Of a stretch of DNA of 62,494 bases, positions 10,901 to 21,608 are shown piece by piece; position 1 is the stretch's first letter; every line of letters starts with the position of its first letter. The stretch comes from Octopus bimaculoides (taxonomy: Eukaryota): the NCBI RefSeq assembly GCF_001194135.2, contig NC_068990.1:14826644-14889137 (forward strand), in the 5' to 3' direction. The translations under genes were made by a program, and so were the position numbers. The notes below the pieces were generated by a model that was not told where the DNA came from, searched no databases, and worked only from the letters and a program-made list of their open reading frames with translations.

Positions 10901-13900
10901 AAATAAACATGATGAAATTCTAGAGTATGGCAGTTTTGGAAAGGAAAGTTTGAGTTAATGTTTAGTTCATAAGTAGGGATAATGAGAAGAGAAGAGACAG
11001 ATTTTAAATGGGAATGGCTTGAGAGGATATGCATTTAGCTAGGTCAGAGGAACTGAAACCATTTTTGTGATAAAAGAAGCAATGGCTTGTATGTGAGCAA
11101 ATGATGGTGTTATCTTACAGCATGAGCATACTGAACAATTGCTTGGGGCCTCATAGATCTAGGGCCCCAATTCTAATCTATGTATACTATGGTTTGCTAT
11201 CACTAAATAAATACTATAGGCTCAGTAATTTGATTTCCTTGGGGACCTAGAATGCTTCTAAGATGGCCCTAGCTAGTGACTGAAGTATTTTTTTGAAATT
11301 TTTTTATGCGCCCTTTTAAAGCCTAGCCAGGCTCATGGGCCCGGTTTCCCGGTTTCTATGGCGTATGTGTTCCCCACCCCAGCTGGACGGGACGCCAGTC
11401 CATCGCAGTGTTACTCAAAAAATAGGAAGAAAGAGCAAGAGAAAGTTGGGACGAAAGAGTACAACAGGGGTTGCCACCACCCTCTGCTGGAGCCTTGTGG
11501 AGCTTAGGTGTTTTCACTCAATGAACACACACAACACCCAGTCTGAGAATCAAAACCGCGATCCTCCAACCGCGAGTCTGCTGCCCTAACCACTGGGCCA
11601 TTGTGCTTCCACTGAAGTATTTTGGTAAATCTGTAATTATCGATGTGAGATGGAGTAAGCAGTGTTGTCTTCTTTCTATATATTGCAACCGTGTGTACAT
11701 GATGGTAAAACTTAGCTTGTAGAGAAAGATTTTTTTGAATTTGGAGGACTTTTGGAAGTAAGGCGACTGCAGATGTAGATTTTAATTTCACCAGAAATGC
11801 TACTAATAGAGATATCTAGATTAGGAAGTAGTGAATTGAAAGGAATCGGGAGAGTTTGTAGAAAATCTCTTGGCAAGGAAGCAGAAAACTCTGCTATAAT
11901 TTCACATGCGGAAGAGCTTGCAGGCTGTGTTTTACATGAAGCTAACCTGTATTTCTCTGATAGTAGTCTTGCACATATAGAAAGAATCAATAGAAGTCAC
12001 TCAATTGTTGGTGGTGGGTAACTTTCTCTATGTTAAGGATGTTTTACCTCTACTTCTATAAGTTTGGGGAGTTGAGGATTTGAAATTTAAAGATATGGTC
12101 ATGTGAGAGATATGAAATGAGATGCCTAGGTGAACATGTTTGGTCACCTACTAAGTTATGTCAGATGGGTCAGGCTGTTAAATAATTACTACCAAGGGTA
12201 GCTGATATAAAACTGGCAACGCTGAAATCAAACCTGAAGTACTAGAAGCTTTAGGTGGAGAGGGTTTTGCAATATAACAAAAGGTATTTTAAGCAAGGAT
12301 CAAGAAATCTAATTAATGCAAGGTCAGCAGTGATTACTGCATAAAGACTAAGTTGAGTGATGGGAAAGGGGTCAATTATTTGTAGTTATTAACTGATACA
12401 AACAGTTCAGAATTGCAAACAATTCAGCTTCTGCACCAACAGAATTTATATTAGAGGAACAGCAGAGCCAAGAAGAGCTGTGCAATGAAGTCATTGGAGG
12501 TGATGATATGAGATAGAGAGGTGAGGTGAAATTGAAGTCTCTAATGCACGAAATGAGATTACATTGACTCCAGTGCTTGACTGGAACTTATTTTATCAAC
12601 TCAACTCCACCCCCCAAAAAATGGAGGGCAAAGTCAACTTTAGCAGAATTATAACTCAAAAACATAAAGCTGGAACAAATGCCTCAGAGCATTTTGTCTG
12701 GCAATGATTCTAGCTTGCTGCTATTACCATCATTAAAATGGTTTTAAATGTTTTAGTTCCATCAGGTCACTACTTTTACTAACCTCTCCCACCAGAGTTC
12801 AGGCCTTGTGCCTATAGTAGTGTGAATTATTATTACTGTTATTTTTGTTGTTGTTGTTGCCTTGTTTTACATGAGTTATTCCAAGTTTCAGCAAGAGACC
12901 TCAGTAACAGCAAGTTACTTAATTCAGGAGCCTGAAATAAGTACAAGAATTGCAGGGAGCTGGTAGAAATGTTAGCATGCCGGGCAAAATGCTTATTGGT
13001 ATTTCATCTGTCTTTATGTTCTAAGTTCAAATTCTGCTGAAATTGACTTTGCCTTTCATCCTTTCGGGGGTCGATAAATTAAGTACCAGTTGCGTACTGG
13101 GGTCGATCTAATCGACTGGCCCCTCCCCCAAAATTTTGGGCCTTGTGCCTAGAGTGGGAAAAAAAAAAAAAGAATTGAAGGAGCTGGTGCCGTAATGTAC
13201 CAGCTTCTGCATTCAGTCATCAGTAGAAGGGAAGTAAGTGCAAAAGCCAAATTTGCTGTCTTCAGTTCAGTGTCCATGCCTATCCTTTCTTATGATCAAG
13301 CGTTTTGGGTAATGTCTAAAAGAATATATCACGAATACAGGCAGCCAAAATGGGGTTCCTTCAAAAGGTCTTTCGTTGCTTAATAAAGTGTGAAACTTAA
13401 GATCAGAAAGGCACTGCAGGTATAGCCACAAGTTCTCCAGATTGAGAGATCACAGCTCCAGTATTATGGACATGTGGTAAGAATGTTCCAGGAAAGAATT
13501 GCTAAATGAGTTTTATGAACAAAACCAACTGGCAGGAGACCAAGGCTTGACTACTAGTAAGATAGTTAGATAATGTCCATAAGCTCAGTTGGTGATCCAT
13601 CTAGATGAATAGGAGATGGTTGCTTCTGACAGGACCTGATGGAAGGTGTGTTTGAGGACTCTGCCCCCATGATCCTTCTTGGAATAAGTGGGTGAAAACG
13701 AGATGAAATGAGATTCCTCATATGTATGTGACAAACTGAATTTTTTTTTTTTCACATTTTAGATATGTAGACTTTCTGAATGTGATGGCTTATGATTTTC
13801 ATGGCAGTTGGAACAGAATAACAGGATTTAAAAGTCCTCTCTATGCTCGAAAAAACGATTTAAGATATGAAAAGGAACTCAGTCAGGTTGGTATTTTATC

Positions 13901-14709
13901 GAATTTAATCTGAATCATTTCTTTTTCTTTCATCTATGATTTTCTGTATCATGTGGAAGCTCGCATGGTGCCATGTAAAAGCATCGATCTTGAAATTACT
14001 TAAAGCAAAGCATACTTCTTAATCACTTGGTCATGCCAGTACATTTGTCTTTAACTTGTTTCAGTCTTTGGATTGTGGGGCACCATGTTGGGGCACCATC
14101 AAACAAACTGACCCCAATTGCTTATTTTTTTCAAGTCTGGCACTTATTCTATTGGTCTTTTATTGCTGAACCATTAAGTTATGGGAGACATAAACAAACC
14201 AACACAGTTTGTCAGACAGTGGTGGGACAGACAGACACCACCCCCTCACACACACGATGGGCTTCCTTCACTTTCTGTCTACCACATCCACTCACAAATC
14301 TTTGGTTTTCCTGTATCTGTAGTAGAAGACACTTGCCCAGGGTTCCACACAGTGGGACTGAACCTGGAATCATATGCACCTATTTATATATATATTTTAA
14401 AATTTAATTTCAATAAAGAATATAATAAAGTTTAAAAAATCTCACAAAGTTTCACCATCAAGTGTTTACCTTTATTGATTCTTCTTCTTTCTTTTACTTG
14501 TTTCAGTCAGTTGGCTGTGGCCATGCTGGAGCACTGCATTGAAAAATTTTTTTTAATCAAACAAATTAACTTCAGGACTTATTGTTTAAGCCTAGTACTT
14601 ATTCTAGTGTTCTCTTTTACTGAACTACTAAGTTACGGGGATGTAAATGCACCAACACTGGTTGTCAAATAGTGATGGCGGAGGTGGAGACACAAAGACA
14701 CACAATACA

Positions 14710-14758
<49 letters not shown>

Positions 14759-17461
14759 AAAATTTAGAAAATGGAGATGTGGCATTAATATAATTTATCA
14801 TATGCAAAAATACAACATATTCTCTTACAGCTGTTTCAGTTTAGTCTAAAAGATTAAGACCCACAAAGACCATAAGCATTTAAAACATTTTGGTGTCCCA
14901 ATTTTTATGTAATTCAAAATATAAACAATAATAAACTGTAAGATAAATTTTTATTTTTCAATATGAAAGAAAACTAACTGTAAGATAGAAAATAATATTT
15001 TTTTTTGTATACTTCCACTTTATTTATATTTGAAAAGTCTTTGATTAGATCCTCACTATGACAATATAAACACTTTGAAATTATATTTCCAATCATATAA
15101 AACACTTCGAATATTATTTTAGCAAGTTTAAAGTAATTTCTTTTGTGCTGTAAATCATTTACCATTTCTGTGGTACTCTGCTTCCTGCGATGTTCTAAAC
15201 TTATTTTGCTTAATGGTTAATCCAGTGCTGCTGTTAGGGATTTCTCTGATTTATTTATATTTTTTCTTTCAAGACCAGCCAGTATATTAAAAATATATTG
15301 CCAAAAATGCATTGCTTTTACTACAGGTACCCAAAGACTTTATTAGAGAATTTCATTTTTTATTTATTTGGCAGGAATGGTCGATAGAGTATTGGTTAAA
15401 ACTGGGAGCCCCCAAAAATAAGCTCGTTTTGGGAATGACAGCAGCTGGTAATACGTATACCTTAAAGAATGCAAGTCAGCACGGTTTAGGAGCACCAGTG
15501 GAGAAAGCAGGAAATAAAGGACCATATACAAAAGAAGAGGGATTTCTGTCTTATTATGAGGTGACAAGTAGTTTATACTTATATCTGTTTCATTATAAAG
15601 TACCATTAAACCAGATTTAATTGATTATGTTTTTTTATTTTGTTTTTTTTTAATCAAAATCAGAACTTTTTGATTCTATTCTCCCTTTGAACTGAAGATG
15701 TTAGACTCTCTCCTAGATCTGTTACACTTTGTCCTAACTCTGGCCTGAAATTGTTAGTCTTTGTCTACCTTGAGACTAAATGAGGTATCCATCTTTGTTC
15801 TATATATGCACCAGAGACTCTACATTTGAACTGGTGCTGTGAGATTCTGCTCAGCATCTGGAACAGAGCTGTTGGGCTCTGCTCTATACCTAGACCAGAG
15901 CTGTTGGGCTTTGCTCTGCATTCGGAGCATAGTTTTTAGACCCTGATCTGCATCAAGACAAGAGCTGTTAGATTCTACTCTGCATTTAGTGTATAGCAGT
16001 TTCAGACCCTGATCAGCATTTGGATCAGAGCAGTTAAACTCTTGTCTATATCTAGAGCAGAGCTTTAAAAGTCAACTCAGCATCAAAACTAGAGCTTTTA
16101 GACTTTGCTTTAAATCTGGAATAGAACTTTTAAACTCTGCTCCGCATTTGAGACAGGAGCTGTTTAACTCTGTTTTATGGATTGGAGATGCTATAACCTT
16201 TTCTGCATCTGTACTAGAATTGTTAGACCATCTCTGAATCTGAACCAGAATTGTTAGAACCTTTTCTACTTCTCAAACAGAGGAGATGTTAAATTCTGCT
16301 ATATATCTAGTTTGGACATTTTAGAGTCCGCTCTATGTCTGAACTCAAGGAATTGTAAGATAACAATTTGTTCTTTATTTACCCAGTTTAAATTACTCAG
16401 TCAGTTGCATTTGTTTGACATTCAATTATAACTTCACCATGTATTTTTCATGTGTTTTCAGACATTGAAACAAAACTCATGATAAACATAAATCTCTGAT
16501 TAAGCTGACTGTTTATATTAACACTCATACTTTAATGCTCTTTACTCTGTAAAGATTTGGAAGATTAGCTCTCAGAATATGTCTTCCACCACAGTCAGTC
16601 TTAATAACACCAACATATTGATCATCATCATCATCATCATCGTTTAACGTCCGCTTTCCATGCTAGCATGGGTTGGACGACTTGACTAAGGACTGGTGAA
16701 ACCGGATGGCAACACCAGGCTCCAATCTAAATTTGGCAGAGTTTCTACAGCTGGATGCCCTTCCTAACGCCAACCTTTATATAAATAATTTACGGTTAAC
16801 TATGATTTTAATACACTATTTATTGACTTTATTCACCAATTCTATTCTCTTTATAATATCATGTGCTGACAAAAATGCTTCAATTTTAAAAGATGCTGCT
16901 TCATACACTAATTAATGCTATCGTTTTTTTAGCTATGTTTTGACACTAAAGCTTCTTCAGACATACCAATATTCTTGTATACTGTTTTGACATATTGTCA
17001 CCATACATTATACAGTGAATGAATGTATCTATAAATGTATTTATGTAAGTACATATGTATATATGTATATGTATATATGTATATGTATATATGCATGCAT
17101 GTATGTATGTATGTATGCATTTATGTATGCATGTATGAATGCATGTATGTATATATGCACGTATGCATGAATGTATGTATGCATATATATATATTATATA
17201 TATATATATATACATAAATAGTTATCGCCAAGCTAACATGGCAGTCCAGAAAAATAGGATGAATGCTACTGTTGATTAGTTCCAAGAGGCCATCGCCTCT
17301 AGCTAGCTGTGTCACACCTGAACCTGTGTCCATTATAGCCTTCGAAGGTTATAATGGACACAGGTTCGTGTGTGACATAGCTAGCTAGAGGCGATGGCTT
17401 CTTGGAGTTAATCAACAACAGCATTCATCCTATTTTGGGGATTGCCATGTTAGCTTGGCGA

Positions 17462-17551
<90 letters not shown>

Positions 17552-20500
17552 ACATATGTTTACATGTATGTATACATATATATATTATATGTTGTTGCAT
17601 TACATTGGCTCATTAACCCTACTTTTAAACTTGTTCTTCCACAGATATGTAATAAACTAAACAAAGATAATTACACTTATGAATGGGATGATATCCAAAC
17701 AGTACCATTTGCTTACAAAGGAGATCAGTGGATTGGCTTTGATGATTACAAGAGCATACAACTGAAGGTAAAACAACTACAGTAGTCAATTTCTATAGTA
17801 ACCTAATTTTTCTCTAATTAATTAATCTTTATCACAGGCCTTTGATGTAAGACTCTATATGGTTACTGAATAACATATCTTTTATTGTTTGCGTGTTTCA
17901 GTCAAAAATGAAAATAACACTGACATCTCATTCTAACAGATATATTTACCAAAATTACATAAAGATATCTTGAAATACTAAAGGGTAAATTTATTCAATA
18001 AAATCGCCATTGTCTTTAACCATGGCCTCCAGACAACTTTGGAATCTCCTGCAGCTCTTCTGGATGGTCTCCTTGTTTAAGTTAGTGAATACTGCCATAA
18101 TCCTTGCCTTCGGTTCATCTTTGGTGTTTTAAGGAATTTTGTTGCTCTTTCGCTTAACTGTGCCACACACATAATGATCAAGAGGGTTGCAGTCTGAGGA
18201 GTTAGGGGCCAGATGTTAGGGGTGATGTGGTCACAGAAATTGTCTGACAGTCATGACTGGGTTCTCCTGCTTGTGTGGCATGGTGCAGAGTCCTGTTGCC
18301 AGACATAGGGTCTTCCAGCAGCCACCTTCTTGACCCAGGGCAGCACTACCTCCTTCAGGCACTTGATGTAGGCCTCTGTGTTGAGTCTGAGGGCATGCTG
18401 GAAGATGAAAAGAGGCATAACATCAACATCACTAGTGATCACTCAAAACAAGATGATGTTGACTGGATGTTTGATTTTTATCACTCTCAGTACATGTCCT
18501 CAGGTTGCACTGTCCTCAGATTGACACCCAAAGACTCTGAAATGTTTGTACTGGAGCTTCTGGTGTGAATGCCAAACAGTACAGCATCTCGTTTTCGAAT
18601 TTCTGGCAGAGTGAATTGCGTCATGGTGCTGTTTTTCTCACAGATGGTGCCCAACGGACCCTACTATACTGTGTAGTCAACAAATTCAAAAACAAACAAT
18701 GCACATGTGCGAAATTAAAAATATAAAATGGCAACAACTTCTCCATTGCACCCTGTATATATNNNNNNNNNNNNNNNNNNNNNNNNNNNNNNNNNNNNNN
18801 NNNNNNNNNNNNNNNNNNNNNNNNNNNNNNNNNNNNNNNNNNNNNNNNNNNNNNNNNNNNNNNNNNNNNNNNNNNNNNNNNNNNNNNNNNNNNNNNNNNN
18901 NNNNNNNNNNNNNNNNNNNNNNNNNNNNNNNNNNNNNNNNNNNNNNNNNNNNNNNNNNNNNNNNNNNNNNNNNNNNNNNNNNNNNNNNNNNNNNNNNNNN
19001 NNNNNNNNNNNNNNNNNNNNNNNNNNNNNNNNNNNNNNNNNNNNNNNNNNNNNNNNNNNNNNNNNNNNNNNNNNNNNNNNNNNNNNNNNNNNNNNNNNNN
19101 NNNNNNNNNNNNNNNNNNNNNNNNNNNNNNNNNNNNNNNNNNNNNNNNNNNNNNNNNNNNNNNNNNNNNNNNNNNNNNNNNNNNNNNNNNNNNNNNNNNN
19201 NNNNNNNNNNNNNNNNNNNNNNNNNNNNNNNNNNNNNNNNNNNNNNNNNNNNNNNNNNNNNNNNNNNNNNNNNNNNNNNNNNNNNNNNNNNNNNNNNNNN
19301 NNNNNNNNNNNNNNNNNNNNNNNNNNNNNNNNNNNNNNNNNNNNNNNNNNNNNNNNNNNNNNNNNNNNNNNNNNNNNNNNNNNNNNNNNNNNNNNNNNNN
19401 NNNNNNNNNNNNNNNNNNNNNNNNNNNNNNNNNNNNNNNNNNNNNNNNNNNNNNNNNNNNNNNNNNNNNNNNNNNNNNNNNNNNNNNNNNNNNNNNNNNN
19501 NNNNNNNNNNNNNNNNNNNNNNNNNNNNNNNNNNNNNNNNNNNNNNNNNNNNNNNNNNNNNNNNNNNNNNNNNNNNNNNNNNNNNNNNNNNNNNNNNNNN
19601 NNNNNNNNNNNNNNNNNNNNNNNNNNNNNNNNNNNNNNNNNNNNNNNNNNNNNNNNNNNNNNNNNNNNNNNNNNNNNNNNNNNNNNNNNNNNNNNNNNNN
19701 NNNNNNNNNNNNNNNNNNNNNNNNNNNNNNNNNNNNNNNNNNNNNNNNNNNNNNNNNNCTCAAGAGTGGGCAGCAACAAAAAACCTATTTGTATATGCTC
19801 CACAAGGGAAAACAAGGAACATAGTTTACAATGAGGTGTTATAATCACAACAGCAAGAAAGTATGTACATGATCACCTTCTTTTACGAAACTTCATTGAC
19901 TTTCATATATTTATATTGATATACATATATATACGTGTGTTTGGGTGCGTGTGTGTATATACATCTCTATATATAAAGACGATGCGTAGTCTCGACAGCG
20001 TTTTTAGATTTCATTATTCTCTTTAACCCGGTCAACGCCGGGTATTTCTGCTAGTATATATATATATATAAAGAATCCATTGAATTAGGTACTTAAATTG
20101 AGACACCTTGCTAAGTCAGTATAATCCACACACCCAAACAATATTAATTGATTGTTGAATAACAAGACTCCATGCAGGGGCGTTTGTACCTGATTTCCTT
20201 GTGTGTACAGACAATGTAACCCAACAAAGTGAAGATATCTGCTCTTGGTAATTCAGACATGTACTTTCTATAGTATTTCCAAAGTGCTGGTTTCAAATTA
20301 GGTGAATAATATATAAATGAGTAACAAAGATGTACAGGTATCAATTCATTACAGCCATTTCAAGTATCTCCTTTAATTGATTAATGAAAACATTTAATCA
20401 TTTGAAAGAAACTGTTCTTGGCAGATGACTGCATAGACTTCAAACAAAATGGATACCACCATTTTCTCAACATATTCCCATCAATAATGGAACTCAAAAT

Positions 20501-21565
20501 ATTTACATTGTTCCTTTTGAGTTCCATTATTGATGGGAATATATTTGAAATTTATGCGATCATCTGACGAGAACAGTTTCTTTCAAATGATGTAGTTGCA
20601 TTAATCAATTAAAGGAGTCTCTTGAAATGGCCGTAATGATTTGACACCTGTACAGCTTTGTTACTCATTTATATTACAAGGGCTGTTACTATAAGTAAAG
20701 CCGCACGCTGGAAAGGGACGCTGAAGTCAAACTACTTTATCAAAAATATACACACTTATACACACAATGTATTTCTAAAAATTATATACTGAGTATTAAT
20801 CTTTTACCTTAATTGGTTTTACATGCTGGCTACTTGATAAAATCAAGTATAGATTTTCTCCTTATATTTAATTGATATATATTTTATATCATCATCATCA
20901 TCATCATCATTTAACGTTTGCTTTCCATGCTAGCATGGGTTGGGCGATTTAACTGGGCACTGGCGAACCAGATAGCTACACCAGATTCCAATCTGATCTG
21001 GTATAGTTTCTACAGCTGGATGCCCTTCCTAATGCCAACCACTCTGAGAGTGTAGTGGGTGCTTTTTACATGCCACTGGCACGAGGGCCAGTCTGGCGGT
21101 ACAGGCAACGGCCACGCTCAAATGGTGTTTTTTACGTGCCACCTGCACAGGAGTCAGTCCATGTTTTGTTCACATGCCACCAGCACAAGTGCCAGTAAGG
21201 CAAAGCTGGAAACAATCGCGCTTAAATGGTGCTTTTTATGTGTCACTGGCATGGGAGTGAGACGGCTACTCTGGCAGTGATCCCGCTTGGATGGTGCTGT
21301 TAGCGCTCCACTGGCACGGGTGCCAGTCATCAAATTTGGTTCAGTTTCAATCTCACTTGCCGCAACAGNNNNNNNNNNNNNNNNNNNNNNNNNNNNNNNN
21401 NNNNNNNNNNNNNNNNNNGTGTCCAATGAAGGAAGGTTGGCATGGGTGCCAGTCATCGAATATGGTTCAATTTCAATTTCGATTTCACTTCCCACAACAG
21501 GCTTTCGCAAGCAGGGTTTTGTGTCCATATAGAAAGTTACATACATATGCATGTGTGTGTGTATA

Positions 21566-21608
<43 letters not shown>

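Noticed and set aside
11700-12500. Possible decayed CR1/L2-like LINE on the minus strand
   Set aside because: Only vague motif resemblance; no convincing RT motif could be read.
15690-16345. CRISPR-like appearance of the 32-bp and 21-bp arrays
   Set aside because: There is no constant repeat with unique spacers, no cas genes, and the context is a eukaryotic intron.
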